Positions 1 to 9,923 of a stretch of DNA of 64,000 nucleotides are shown here, one piece after another; within the stretch, counting starts at the first letter, position 1; each line of letters opens with the position of its first letter. A program made the translations under genes and the position numbers. The notes under the pieces are model-generated. The model saw only the letters and a list, made by a program, of their open reading frames with translations, was not told the origin of the DNA and ran no database searches. Location: the NCBI GenBank assembly GCA_963668675.2, contig CAXXMB010000001.1, positions 1,024,001 to 1,088,000 of the forward strand, written 5' to 3'. The DNA comes from an uncultured Desulfatitalea sp. (lineage in GTDB: Bacteria; Desulfobacterota; Desulfobacteria; Desulfobacterales; Desulfosarcinaceae).

Positions 1-456
1 ATAGACTCCCAGGGCCCCCTCGATGGTATCCAATCGGGCGATATCATCACTGGCCGCCGGGGCACTGACCTTAGCCCGGCCGTCGGCATCTCGTAGAATG
101 ATGCGGCTGGCGGTGGCGGCACTGACAGCACCGTGGACGCTGGTCTCATTGGCATGTGCGGTATCGGCATCGGCCCTGGCCGTCGCCTCGGCTTCGATAT
201 TCCCCTGTAGGGTCGTATCGGCATTTGCTCGAGCAGTGGCTTCGGCCGCGATCGCAGCGATATTCTCATCCGACTGGGCATCGGCCCATTTGAGCCACCG
301 GTCGACCAGGCGCCAGTACCAGTTAAAATACTGGTAAGGCGGTTTTTCCTGTTGAACCCAGCCCTGCAGCTTTTTGGCCGCGGACGGGGCGATGTACTTT
401 GCCGGATCGTCGTCTGTGATCCAATCGATATGTCCATCGGTGGGTTTGACTGCCAT
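1..456 (-). CDS. Tail fibre protein, N-terminal part (runs off left edge; missing from ORF track)
   Basis: Manual translation from ATG at 456 after RBS AAGGAG: MAVKPTDGHIDWITDDDPAKYIAPSAAKKLQGWVQQEKPPYQYFNWYWRLVDRW..., open to position 1. The GW..EKPP.QYFNW motif and position after the baseplate wedge genes are typical of tail fibre anchors. Confidence 0.8.
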   Translation of the reverse strand, partial: MAVKPTDGHIDWITDDDPAKYIAPSAAKKLQGWVQQEKPPYQYFNWYWRLVDRWLKWADAQSDENIAAIAAEATARANADTTLQGNIEAEATARADADTAHANETSVHGAVSAATASRIILRDADGRAKVSAPAASDDIARLDTIEGALGVY

Positions 457-466
457 TTGCGGCTCC

Positions 467-1063
467 TTATTGGGTCAACTGGATGTAGGCGAACTCGCCC
501 CCTACTCCCGGATCGTTATAATCTCCAAAGCCCAACACATCGGGATCATCCGGATCGAACCCGAACGCATTGGTCGGGGAGAATATGATGGCTAAAAAGT
601 CCACCCGGACGCCGGCAGCCACCACCTTTTGCATCAGGTTGCGTACGAACTCGGATAGATCCCCTGCGATGGGCGTATCAGAATACAAATCGATCTGAGC
701 CGTGTGGGTTTCGATAATCTGAACGCGATCGGCCTGGGCGATGAGTCTCCAGACATTGATCACATCCTCGACAGTCCCGTGGGAGACATTCTTTCCGATC
801 TTGGCTTTGAGCAAGATCCGATAAAGAGCATCCTCCCAGCCGATCCTGGTCAAACCGACTATGGACCCTATGCGATCAAGCTGGAGGCCTTCAGCGTTAT
901 CGATATCCAGGCGATCGTAAAACTCATAGGCGGCATCTTCCAAATCCTGGACCTGCTGGCCGAATAGGATCTCGATCAATGACGCCAATCGAGGACTGTC
1001 CTTGTACTGCTGAAGCAGGCGCCTCTTAGCTGCATCGATATGGTCTGTGATTTGGACGATCAT
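467..1063 (-). CDS. Baseplate wedge protein (DUF2612-like)
   Basis: LxQYxDSPRL...A.G.QLD.IG.IVG motif; likely start MIVQITDH overlaps the upstream stop (ATGA). Confidence 0.75.
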   Translation of the reverse strand: MIVQITDHIDAAKRRLLQQYKDSPRLASLIEILFGQQVQDLEDAAYEFYDRLDIDNAEGLQLDRIGSIVGLTRIGWEDALYRILLKAKIGKNVSHGTVEDVINVWRLIAQADRVQIIETHTAQIDLYSDTPIAGDLSEFVRNLMQKVVAAGVRVDFLAIIFSPTNAFGFDPDDPDVLGFGDYNDPGVGGEFAYIQLTQ

Positions 1064-2274
1064 AGGTGCGTCACCGTGATATTTGCCGCGTCCCACTGGG
1101 ACATCTCGACATCGCCACCGGCGCCGTCATCGATATCCACATTGTCGTCTGTGATGGGGCTTGCCGAGGTACCGATCCTGACAACCACGTCCACTATGCC
1201 TTCCACTCCAGCCAACTGGGAGATCAGAGACGGATAGACGATCACATCGGCGCCGGGCCCTAAAGAATTCCCCCAGGTGACGATCTTATCTTTGATGTAG
1301 TCGTCGCCGTTGGCCGGATAGTCTGAGGTGACGGTCAAATCGAGCTCGAGATAGATGGCCACCTGGGTGGGACGGGTAAACCAGCAGTAGTGGGTAAAGC
1401 CCTGGCTGTCAGTCACCTGGACAGAGATCGATCCATAAGGTTCAATCCCTGCGGGCTTAGCCTTCAAAAAGATAGTGTCGGCGATCTCCTGATCCCGATC
1501 GGTGCTGCCGCCTGCCTGGTAGACCACTACTTCAAAGCTCTTGCCTGGCAATCCCCTGGCATCGGTGGTCAAAGTGTAATTTTCAAAGACGATGACATGC
1601 TCGATGGGCACTTTGGTGGTATCGGAGTTCAATGCCAAAATGGCACTTCGGATCGCCTCCACCGGGCCCGATTGGCTGAACTGAAGGTTGCCGTTTCTTC
1701 GAATTCTAAGCTGGGCGTCAGTTTCAAGATCGCGACCGACAATGGCCGGAAGCGGATTGGTGACGGTGTCCAGGCCGGCAATGGGCGTATCGATCTGGGT
1801 CAAGGTATCTTCGATCACCTCAATGGGACCGGTCTCCAGGGCGATGCAGTCGACCAGGACCGTTCCGCCTGCCTCGATGGTCACCTCCTGCTCGGTTTTG
1901 AATCTGGCATCGGGATTGTCCGCCACAGAAAATATCACCCCTGCCGGAACGATTGTCCCCGCGGTACCGGAAAGCTCTACCTCTTCTATCCTGCTGGCGA
2001 TGGCAGGAAGCCTGGCATGACCAGTTAAAGCGGCGGCAAGATCCAAACTTACCCCTTCAGCGGTCGACGGATACTGGGCGTTGTAGAGATCGGAGAGAAG
2101 CTCCCATAAAAGTGCTTCACGTTCGGAGAAGATCCCGATCAGTTGGCCGAAGACGCTCTGGGCGGAGGTGTTGATCTGGGCGCCGAACGTTACCCGAAGG
2201 GCGGTCTCAAGCTCCTCCTGGATATCGGCAAGGGTCTTTATCACCAGCCCATCGGCTGTAATTCCATAGGTCAC
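1060..2274 (-). CDS. Baseplate J-like wedge protein
   Basis: 404 aa; G..LD......G..R and GRDLETDAQLRIR motifs; position in baseplate cluster. Confidence 0.9.
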   Translation of the reverse strand: MTYGITADGLVIKTLADIQEELETALRVTFGAQINTSAQSVFGQLIGIFSEREALLWELLSDLYNAQYPSTAEGVSLDLAAALTGHARLPAIASRIEEVELSGTAGTIVPAGVIFSVADNPDARFKTEQEVTIEAGGTVLVDCIALETGPIEVIEDTLTQIDTPIAGLDTVTNPLPAIVGRDLETDAQLRIRRNGNLQFSQSGPVEAIRSAILALNSDTTKVPIEHVIVFENYTLTTDARGLPGKSFEVVVYQAGGSTDRDQEIADTIFLKAKPAGIEPYGSISVQVTDSQGFTHYCWFTRPTQVAIYLELDLTVTSDYPANGDDYIKDKIVTWGNSLGPGADVIVYPSLISQLAGVEGIVDVVVRIGTSASPITDDNVDIDDGAGGDVEMSQWDAANITVTHL

Positions 2275-2630
2275 GGCAGCACCTCATTGTATGTGATCAC
2301 GGCACCGGTATCGGCCACGGCCTTAAAGAAGAGCTTTAACTCCCTTGTGCCGGCATTGATGGCCAGATCGAACTCGAGCAGTTCCACAATTCCGGGCGTA
2401 TTGATGATTTCGGCTTTAAAGACGCTGTCCAGAATGACCGGATCCGGGTTTTTGACCATCACCTGCTGCAGATAGGGAACACCCACCCGAAGATCCAAAA
2501 ACCACTCGCCCATAAAAGTCTTAAGACGCTGGGCCAGGTGCTGACGGATCCCATCGGCCTGGTCGACCAACAAAAGATCGGTGGCGTCGGTCGAAAGATC
2601 CCAGCTGGTATCGTCTAAGAGAAGATCCAT
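2271..2630 (-). CDS. Baseplate sheath-initiator (gp25/gpW-like)
   Basis: QRLKTFMGEWFLDLRVGVPY motif; directly upstream of baseplate J. Confidence 0.8.
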   Translation of the reverse strand: MDLLLDDTSWDLSTDATDLLLVDQADGIRQHLAQRLKTFMGEWFLDLRVGVPYLQQVMVKNPDPVILDSVFKAEIINTPGIVELLEFDLAINAGTRELKLFFKAVADTGAVITYNEVLP

Positions 2631-2852
2631 CTATTCCAGATCTCCCTGGCCGCTTATAGCCCCGGACATACTGTCGACAAAGGTGCCCGGCGTGGCATGG
2701 CCGTTGGTTGTGATGTGATTGACGATGGCGGTGCAGATCGTTTGCCAGAACTGTCGCACCAGGGCCTGCTCAGCGGCATTTAATGGGGCCCCGGCTGCGG
2801 CCAGGACGGCATCTGCCACCTCGTTTCCCATGCCGGTACCGCTCATGGCCAT
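2631..2852 (-). CDS. Small baseplate protein, possible spike-tip
   Basis: 73 aa, tightly packed between spike and gp25-like genes; function inferred from position only. Confidence 0.5.
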   Translation of the reverse strand: MAMSGTGMGNEVADAVLAAAGAPLNAAEQALVRQFWQTICTAIVNHITTNGHATPGTFVDSMSGAISGQGDLE

Positions 2853-2855
2853 GTG

Positions 2856-3512
2856 TCAGCTCCTTTTAATGGTGCCCAATCGGGCCTTATCGTCCTGGAA
2901 GTTGGCTATCGTGGAAGCGATAAATGGCGATGCCCCGATGGAGGTGATCACCTTGGCTGCGATCAGATGATCGAGCACGCTCTCAACTATCGTTAAAAAC
3001 TCTTCGCTGGCCCCTTCGATGCTGATCTTTCCGTCCGGTGAGAGCTCGACTCGCATCTTGTCGTTTTGAAAGACCGCATTTTCAGCGCTGGTACCCGAAA
3101 GCGCAGCCCCAAAAGGATGCACCCCAGGCACAAATATGGCGTCAGAAAGATGGTGATGACGCGGATCCTTGGGGCCCACGATCTGCCCGGATCCCTGGAG
3201 CCAGCCGTCCAGGGACCGCTCGCAAAAGATCGCCATGCCCAGATCGCCCTTTTTAAGCGGCAGATGAAGATATGAAGCGCCGCCGGCAGCCGACGGCCAC
3301 TGCACAGGAACATCGGTCACCACGGGAAGCTCGGTCTCTTGTGCTTCGACCTTGTAGCGCTTTTTCAAAAGCGGCTTGATGTCGGCCTTCTGTTTTCCCG
3401 CATCGTACTTTTCTACCCGGGCGGGAAGACAGACATGGAGATCGTAAAGGTGGGCGGCAATCGCCTCCTTTAGAATCTGAGCCAGGCTCTTATCTTCCTT
3501 TTGTGTCGTCAT
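2856..3512 (-). CDS. Baseplate central spike (Gp138-like N-terminal OB domain)
   Basis: LHVCLPARVEKYD...DVPVQWP...GDLGMAIFCERSLD.W...RHHHLSDAIFVPG motifs. Confidence 0.85.
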   Translation of the reverse strand: MTTQKEDKSLAQILKEAIAAHLYDLHVCLPARVEKYDAGKQKADIKPLLKKRYKVEAQETELPVVTDVPVQWPSAAGGASYLHLPLKKGDLGMAIFCERSLDGWLQGSGQIVGPKDPRHHHLSDAIFVPGVHPFGAALSGTSAENAVFQNDKMRVELSPDGKISIEGASEEFLTIVESVLDHLIAAKVITSIGASPFIASTIANFQDDKARLGTIKRS

Positions 3513-4336
3513 ATGGCCACCGCCTTGCCGCTGGCGTAAAACGCCTGGCCGTGGGTGTCTCCGGCAAAGGTCACTGTCCGAAGCTTATAGATACCATCCA
3601 CCTCCCGGCTTTGGATCTGTACCAGGCGCCCGGGCACCAGCTGGGGTTGGATCAAGGACTTAAACTCCACCCCTACCCCGCCATCGATCTCGCGTTTGAC
3701 GGGGGATCCCACAAGGCCGGTCTCAGCGGTCAACAAAACCGCCTGAAGACCGCTGTCCTGGTCTTTGGGAAGGACCTGCAAAGTGTTATCCTGGACCGAC
3801 CACTCAAGGTTCTGCTTGGCGGTCAGCTCATCCATCACCTGCTTGCTGCCGCCCGATACGGCGATCCCGGTCTGGGCCTTGTCCGATGAGATGCCCAAAA
3901 GGGATCCCATCACCACCTTGCCCTGGTCGACAAAGCTTTGGGCCACATCGCGAATCACCTGTTTAAGATCAGAACCGGGCGCATAGCTCTTATCGATGTG
4001 GGCCGATCGCAAGGCATCGGATCCATCTCCGCACTCGACGGTGGTCACCCAGTCCGGGCCCTGGCGGGAGATGTATGCCCGGGTGATGTCCCCATAAAAG
4101 AGCTGCTCGATGTTTTCCCCATATCCCACCTCGAGAATCACGATCGCCTTTTCTCTTTCGGCAAGCGCCCTTCCCTCGGGGCTTAAGTTGAAGATGGAGA
4201 TCTTGGCCGTATTGGGATTGGACTCGGAAGTCTTTTCCACCTGGAAGATCACTCTTAAGCGATCGAAGCGGACTTCATCGCCTCCCTCTTTACTTCCCAG
4301 GGTGACGGCCACATATCGATTCCAGAGGCGCTCCAT
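3509..4336 (-). CDS. Baseplate hub protein
   Basis: F.VEKT....PNTAKISIFNLS, LEVGY, WSVQD and TGLVGSP motifs typical of this myovirus hub family. Confidence 0.8.
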   Translation of the reverse strand: MERLWNRYVAVTLGSKEGGDEVRFDRLRVIFQVEKTSESNPNTAKISIFNLSPEGRALAEREKAIVILEVGYGENIEQLFYGDITRAYISRQGPDWVTTVECGDGSDALRSAHIDKSYAPGSDLKQVIRDVAQSFVDQGKVVMGSLLGISSDKAQTGIAVSGGSKQVMDELTAKQNLEWSVQDNTLQVLPKDQDSGLQAVLLTAETGLVGSPVKREIDGGVGVEFKSLIQPQLVPGRLVQIQSREVDGIYKLRTVTFAGDTHGQAFYASGKAVAI

Positions 4337-4656
4337 CAGGCCGCCTCCTCGTAGATCAGGACCACATCGCTTCCAAAGTCATCCCTTGCCGGTTCTCTGT
4401 AGGCCTCCACCCAGTTCATGGCAAAAAGCTTTCCAGCGGGGAATCGGTCGTCTGCGTACTGGGCTAAAAGATCCACTCCCAGTCTCACGGCCACACCCGA
4501 CACCAGTGGATTGGCGGCCGCATCGGCCAGATCGAGCGTCCAGTGACTGGCCCGGGAGTTGTAACGCAGGCGCATACGATAAACGGTGCCATCAAGCTGC
4601 ACCGAAAAGCTCTGGTGGGGCACATCCATGGTCAACGGCAGTTCAAGGTATGCCAT
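4336..4656 (-). CDS. Baseplate-associated protein (DUF6983-like)
   Basis: QSFSVQLDG..Y....RYN.R...W.LD...G..LL.QY pattern; position. Confidence 0.65.
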   Translation of the reverse strand: MAYLELPLTMDVPHQSFSVQLDGTVYRMRLRYNSRASHWTLDLADAAANPLVSGVAVRLGVDLLAQYADDRFPAGKLFAMNWVEAYREPARDDFGSDVVLIYEEAA

Positions 4657-5363
4657 CAGTTGTTCCCCCAGATCAGACGATAGGCCCAGGAGGAGGCCTT
4701 GGATGATTTGCCGGTATCGAGCACCTGGCCCTGCTTGGTCCCCTGCTGCTGTTCGACGGCCGAAAGGTCCTTGACCTCATCGCTTTTGGCCGCTCTGGGG
4801 ATCGAGACCTTCTGTCCGGATATGATCGACACCTGCCGAAATGAGGCTTTAAAAACCAGCGCCCCGGCATTGGCGGCGTTGCGGGGAGCGGTGAACCGTT
4901 CCATCACCATATTATTATAGGTGGCAAGCCCGGCGATGATGGTTAGGGGAACCCCTCCCGCATAGATCTCTTCAAATATGTCCAGGGCCGCCTTGGAGGG
5001 CTTTGCCGATCCGGATAGGGCCAGATTGCCCATAAAGACAGTGCCGGCCGTTGCGATGGTGCCGGCAGCGCCTCCGATCCGGCTGCCGATAAATCCGGCC
5101 GTATTTCCTATAATGGTACCGGTTAAATTGATGGGATTGTCGCTGACGATCCCTTCGAGCTGCAGCGTGCGCCCCCTTTTGATCACATGGTCTGCGATCT
5201 GGGATCCGTCCTCCACATCGTGCAAAGTGGCCTGGGCCTCGAGGCTCACCTCTTCGGCCGAGGTGCAGTCGATCTTTAAAAGCGTGCGGCTCTGTCCGCC
5301 GTCGCTGTATTGGATCGTCACCCGCCTGGGAATGATCCGATCAAAGATCTGCTCAAAGGCCAT
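4656..5363 (-). CDS. Tail tube initiator / Dit-like baseplate protein
   Basis: T.H.VEDGS.IADHV motif; directly follows tape measure gene. Confidence 0.75.
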   Translation of the reverse strand: MAFEQIFDRIIPRRVTIQYSDGGQSRTLLKIDCTSAEEVSLEAQATLHDVEDGSQIADHVIKRGRTLQLEGIVSDNPINLTGTIIGNTAGFIGSRIGGAAGTIATAGTVFMGNLALSGSAKPSKAALDIFEEIYAGGVPLTIIAGLATYNNMVMERFTAPRNAANAGALVFKASFRQVSIISGQKVSIPRAAKSDEVKDLSAVEQQQGTKQGQVLDTGKSSKASSWAYRLIWGNN

Positions 5364-5365
5364 TT

Positions 5366-6997
5366 TTAGTACTCCACCAGAGGCTCTGTGGCCAAAGAGG
5401 TGTCGCGCAGCATGCGGGCGATGCCGTCGGAGACGCCCTGCTGCACAGCTCTCCCGACCGCTTCGGGGGGCGTCCCCTCGGGCACCGTAACCGTTACAGG
5501 GGCATTGACCCGCACATCATTGACCTTGGGCACCGGATAGTAGGTGATGTTCGATCCGCCGGCAGGCGCCATGCCCACCATCTGCTGGGCGGCGCCGATG
5601 GCGCCGGAGACCTTGTCGCCGATCGTATCTTTAGCCCCGGATATAAAGCCGCGCACCCGGTCAACGGCATCGACGATCGGCTGGATCTTTTCCATCAGCC
5701 AGGCCACGTAAGGCTCTATGGCCCGCTTGGCAGCTGCAAGTGCTGCGGTCAGGGCGCTAACGATTTTAGACGGCCACTCGACGATCCAGCGCCCGGTGAC
5801 AAGGTCCATAAAAAAAGAGAGCGCCGTCCGGGCCGCTTCGAATGCTCGCGGGAACTTCTTTTCGAAGGCGTCGAGAATCACCCCGGTCACAGAGTCTTTC
5901 CCCTGAAAATAGGAGATGATGTCCTGCCAGATGACGATCAAGGCTGCCACGGCCGCACCGATCAGAACCGGTATGGCGGCCACTTTCAAATTGGCGATCA
6001 GGGCGGCGTTTCCCATAAGACTGATGGCCCGGGTCAATGTCGCCAGGCCCATGGCCAAACTGCCGATCGCAGACAGTACCTGAAACCCCGCAAAGAGCCC
6101 GATGGCCCAGGCGGCCGCCTTTGCCATCCGTTCGATGCCTCCAAAAATCTCTGCCACATCGGCGAGCATCCCCACCACCAGGCGCCCAGTCCGATAGAGC
6201 CATCTTAAAAGCGAGATGGCGCCCTGGAGCGTCTTTTCTACGCCGCTTTTAATGATCTGCCGGTTGATAAAAAACCATTCCCGGAACTGCACCATCAGTT
6301 CGGAGAAGATGGGAAGCAGTTTCACCCCCACTTCGTTTCTGATACCGGTGATGATCAGTTTGGTGCGGGTAAGGTTGTCGTTGAAAGCTTCGGCGTTTCT
6401 CGCATCTTCTTCTGCAATCACAAACCCAAGCGATTGTGCTTCTTTTCTCATGGCCAAAAGGGCGTCTTTACCGTTTCGGAGCATATTGACCATGCTCACC
6501 CCTTCGGTATCAAAGAGCTTAAAGGCTAATGCCACCCTTCGACTGGGATCCTCGATGGCGGCCATCCCTTCGGCGATATCGGCTAAAAGATCTTCGCTTC
6601 TTCGTACCCTTCCCTCACTGTCGGTTAAGACCACACCCAGCTCTTTAAAGGCGTCTTTGGCCACACCGGTCCCTTTGGCCGCCTCTGCCGCCCTTCGGGT
6701 CATGCGCTGAAGGCCTGTATCAAAATTCGCCTGGGCCACTCCAGAAAGCTCAGCCGCATAGCGAAGCTCCTGGAGCGCTTCGATCTGGACGCCCAGCTTA
6801 TCGGCCGTCTTGGCCGCCTTGTCGCCCGCATTGGCAGTGGACCTTGCCATGGTGTAGAGCATGCCGGCAGAGGCAATAGCGGCGGCTCCCACGGCCAGAA
6901 TCAGGGTCTTGGTCTTTCTTAGGCCCCGATCGAGCTCGGTGAGCCCTCTATCGTCGACGTCAAATCCGATGCTGACAAATAGGTCGCGAAGCTTCAT
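5366..6997 (-). CDS. Tape measure protein
   Basis: 543 aa, Ala-rich helical with hydrophobic central segment; follows tail chaperones. Confidence 0.85.
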   Translation of the reverse strand: MKLRDLFVSIGFDVDDRGLTELDRGLRKTKTLILAVGAAAIASAGMLYTMARSTANAGDKAAKTADKLGVQIEALQELRYAAELSGVAQANFDTGLQRMTRRAAEAAKGTGVAKDAFKELGVVLTDSEGRVRRSEDLLADIAEGMAAIEDPSRRVALAFKLFDTEGVSMVNMLRNGKDALLAMRKEAQSLGFVIAEEDARNAEAFNDNLTRTKLIITGIRNEVGVKLLPIFSELMVQFREWFFINRQIIKSGVEKTLQGAISLLRWLYRTGRLVVGMLADVAEIFGGIERMAKAAAWAIGLFAGFQVLSAIGSLAMGLATLTRAISLMGNAALIANLKVAAIPVLIGAAVAALIVIWQDIISYFQGKDSVTGVILDAFEKKFPRAFEAARTALSFFMDLVTGRWIVEWPSKIVSALTAALAAAKRAIEPYVAWLMEKIQPIVDAVDRVRGFISGAKDTIGDKVSGAIGAAQQMVGMAPAGGSNITYYPVPKVNDVRVNAPVTVTVPEGTPPEAVGRAVQQGVSDGIARMLRDTSLATEPLVEY

Positions 6998-7601
6998 TGG
7001 CGCTTTGGCTTTTCCTGGGCCCTTTCCCGGGCCTCGTGCTTGATATCCAACGCCTCGTGGGCGTCGGCCAGATCATCGATGGACCAGAAGGTCTCTATCT
7101 CATGCAAGGTGGCGATCCGCTCGATAACCGGCCGCCACAGGTACCAGTTGATGTTTACGATGCCGGGGTCGTACCCGCCCTGGGAAACAGCACGCTTAGG
7201 TCGGGCACGGCGGCTAAAAAATCGCCGTACTCCACTTTTAAGGCCTGGCCCACCACCTTAAATAGGTGCGGCAGCCTTCCGGCAAAGTGGGCATCGAACT
7301 TTTTTGAGACCTCACCGCTGCCCACATGAATCACCTGGGAGAGCAATTCGTCTATGATCGCCTCCACTTCGTTTTCGTCCAGGCGATCGCAAAGGGCTGT
7401 GACGATCAAAGAAAGATCGATGTCGGCCTCCATCACCGCCTTAAGATCGACCTGGCCCGATTTGGTACCGTTTAAAGCTGCCCCCAGGGGCGCTCCAACG
7501 ATCTTTACGATCCGGGTCATTAGCTTTAAAGAGCGCTTGGGAGGCAGCTGGCAAAAGGTGTACTCTTCACCGTCGATCATCACTTCCACGGGATTTCTCA
7601 T
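6994..7601 (-). CDS. Tail assembly chaperone, long form via predicted -1 frameshift at 7215-7221
   Basis: In-frame T-TTT-TTA heptamer; the -1 frame is open (...NWYLWRPVIERIATLHEIETFWSIDDLADAHEALDIK...) to a TGA overlapping the tape-measure ATG. Confidence 0.75.
7155..7601 (-). CDS. Tail assembly chaperone, short form
   Basis: 148 aa between tube and tape measure genes. Confidence 0.8.
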   Translation of the reverse strand: MRNPVEVMIDGEEYTFCQLPPKRSLKLMTRIVKIVGAPLGAALNGTKSGQVDLKAVMEADIDLSLIVTALCDRLDENEVEAIIDELLSQVIHVGSGEVSKKFDAHFAGRLPHLFKVVGQALKVEYGDFLAAVPDLSVLFPRAGTTPAS

Positions 7602-8003
7602 TTAGTTGCCTCCCACGGTCATCTCGACGATGCTGCCCTTTACCATCCATTCACGCTCACCCGACTCTTTGCCGTACTCGCTGTCGGCAGGCTTTACCAC
7701 CGTGCCCTCGGGCATCACGTGAAGGGAGTTTCCCGAAGCGTCCTTTACGATGCAGGACAACAGCCCCCCGGCCACAGAAAAAGCGGAAAGCACAGCGTTG
7801 TCCTGGCTGGTCTGGGGAAGCGTTAGGGTGATGCCTCCCAAGCGATTGAGGTTTTTGGTGCGGGTCACCTCTCCCGATGTGCCGGCGTTAAAGGTCCAGT
7901 CGTCTTCGTCTTTTGCCACCCGGATCGTGTTCCAGCTTTTGATGATGGTGCCGCCGACGATCACGCTCACCTGGCCCGGGTCATAGGTTCTAACTTCGTT
8001 CAT
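7602..8003 (-). CDS. Tail tube protein (DUF3277-like)
   Basis: TYDP..VSVIVGG, ITLTL.QTS..N..LS and P...YGKE...REW motifs. Confidence 0.85.
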   Translation of the reverse strand: MNEVRTYDPGQVSVIVGGTIIKSWNTIRVAKDEDDWTFNAGTSGEVTRTKNLNRLGGITLTLPQTSQDNAVLSAFSVAGGLLSCIVKDASGNSLHVMPEGTVVKPADSEYGKESGEREWMVKGSIVEMTVGGN

Positions 8004-8031
8004 CTGCTTCTCCTTGGTTGGAGATTATTTT

Positions 8032-9072
8032 TTAAAGGGTCAAGCGGCCCACGATGGCTGTTTTATGGACGGCACCCGCCAGTTGGGCGGTAAACTTCAC
8101 ATCGTTTAAAAAGCGCTGGCTTTTCTCCAGCGGATCCACATCGGAAATGGCCGGCGATGTGATCACGATGGAGCCTTCCACCAGAAGGCCGGCGTCGACC
8201 GCTTTTTCCAATCGGTAGCGAAGCTCGTTTTCTACGACTGCGATGCCCTGGGCGGTAAAAGGGATCTTGACGGCGTTTACCATGCGAAAGAACACCCCTT
8301 CTGCGATCCTTGCCTGGAGCCAGTCGGTGCCGCGGATGATGTCGATAAATTCGCCCGAGGCCATCACCGCAGCCGAAGAGATCATGTTGATGCCGGCGAC
8401 CTTTTCGTAGTAGTTGCAGTTTTTGCCCTGAAGGTAGGTCACTTCGGTGGGTGTCAGATCGTCGACTGCGACACCGGCAAGGGTTTTAAACTTCCATGTG
8501 ATCGATCCGGGCGCTTCGGGCAGGCACCGTCCCATCCAGGCCGCCTCGGGATAGTTTTCATGATCGGTGCTGTACATTATGGCCGTACGCTCATAGGCGG
8601 CCGTTTGAAGCGTTGAGGCGATATCGTCGGTGGCGCTTGTGATCATCGATTCCTGGTCGATGCTCCCGATATAGATCTTGTTCCTCGATTCGATCCATGC
8701 AGCGGCCGCTGCGATATCTGCCAGCTGGGCCGCTTCGTCTCCCTGGCGGGTTAGAATCAACGCATACCAGTCACCATAAGCGGCCTGCATGGCGGACAGC
8801 TCATCGCCCAGGACTTCCGCCGTGTCCCGATCGCCGATCACCACCTGTTCGGGGCTTACCTCCTGTGAAAAGAGTGCATTGGCCGCCTTCCACTGCTCGG
8901 AGGTGGTCTCAAAGTCGACCTCAACGGCCTCGATGTTGTTGTAGACCCTGTAGCGGTCGGTAAACTCAGTCAGGGGGCCAAAGATCAGCGCCGTGCCGAA
9001 CCCGGCCTGGGTGATCTTGGCCGTCTCGCGGGTGATGTTGACCTGTACGATGTCTGCTAATTGGGTGCCCAT
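8032..9072 (-). CDS. Tail sheath protein (DUF3383-like)
   Basis: IV.VNI....., FG..LI, PGSITWKFKTL.GV, GEFIDIIRG.DWL and KIPFT..G motifs. Confidence 0.9.
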   Translation of the reverse strand: MGTQLADIVQVNITRETAKITQAGFGTALIFGPLTEFTDRYRVYNNIEAVEVDFETTSEQWKAANALFSQEVSPEQVVIGDRDTAEVLGDELSAMQAAYGDWYALILTRQGDEAAQLADIAAAAAWIESRNKIYIGSIDQESMITSATDDIASTLQTAAYERTAIMYSTDHENYPEAAWMGRCLPEAPGSITWKFKTLAGVAVDDLTPTEVTYLQGKNCNYYEKVAGINMISSAAVMASGEFIDIIRGTDWLQARIAEGVFFRMVNAVKIPFTAQGIAVVENELRYRLEKAVDAGLLVEGSIVITSPAISDVDPLEKSQRFLNDVKFTAQLAGAVHKTAIVGRLTL

Positions 9073-9084
9073 GGGGTTGCTCCT

Positions 9085-9606
9085 CTATGTTTCGATGTCG
9101 ATGATTTGATCGGTCGTAACGCTTTCTACCTCTCCTGTGACCCGTACCCTTCTAATCTCGCCCGGCACGTCCTCGATGGGATCCGGATAGGAGATCAAAA
9201 GATCAAGGTTTGCCCGTGGTTCAAAGATCGTATCCAAAAGCTCGGTCACATTCTGGGGGCCTTCGGTACCCCAGACGGATATACTCGCCTGCTGCAAGAT
9301 GCCCTGAAAGCTGGGTAGTTCGATGGCGTTTGCGATCTGCTGGGCCCGGACCAGGGCGTCGTCTGCAAAGATCTGGACATTGAGCGTGGCCCGCTTTCTA
9401 AAGCCGTAGCGATAGGTATCTTCGGCAGCGTAGCGCTCTCCGGCCGGGCCGATATTTTGGGGCCCGGCGATCACGTCCAGGACGATAAAAGGCGCACCGG
9501 GCTTTTTCCCCTTCTGATTGGCCCAGATGACCGTGGCATCGGTGTGGACTGCCTGGATCCAAGCGACCAAAGCGTCCTCTATGGCAATCGGCAGCCGCTG
9601 CATCAC
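9085..9606 (-). CDS. Tail terminator / neck protein
   Basis: VIWANQ.G..P..PFI motif; immediately upstream of sheath. Confidence 0.7.
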   Translation of the reverse strand: MMQRLPIAIEDALVAWIQAVHTDATVIWANQKGKKPGAPFIVLDVIAGPQNIGPAGERYAAEDTYRYGFRKRATLNVQIFADDALVRAQQIANAIELPSFQGILQQASISVWGTEGPQNVTELLDTIFEPRANLDLLISYPDPIEDVPGEIRRVRVTGEVESVTTDQIIDIET

Positions 9607-9923
9607 TGGTCCTCGATGCGCATCAGACGCGCTTTAAAGTGGGCCTGGCCAAACCTATTCCAATCTTCCACTGCCTGCACCTCGTAGCGGATCCCGTCGG
9701 CCCGGGTGACCGTATCGCCGTTCGCCAAAGAAAAGGCGGTGTAGATCTTTAAAACCTGGCGCTCTCTTTCTCCTTCGGAAAGAAGCAAAAGCTCTTTTCC
9801 GTTTAGCGGCTGGATGTTGCCGGCAGCCGTGAACTCCTCATCAGCGCCTGCCACAAAGCGTCCATTAATGTAACTTCCGGCGCCGGCTCTGGTGACGGTG
9901 ATGGCTTCGATAGAAAGCTTCAT
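9603..9923 (-). CDS. Head closure / head-tail adaptor
   Basis: G.Y.NG.F...IQPL....L..L.EGER motif; neck cluster. Confidence 0.7.
   Translation of the reverse strand: MKLSIEAITVTRAGAGSYINGRFVAGADEEFTAAGNIQPLNGKELLLLSEGERERQVLKIYTAFSLANGDTVTRADGIRYEVQAVEDWNRFGQAHFKARLMRIEDQ

Noticed and set aside
467..9606. Contractile tail cluster as a tailocin, eCIS or T6SS
   Set aside because: It is contiguous with capsid, portal, terminase, lysis and transposition genes, so it is a prophage tail.
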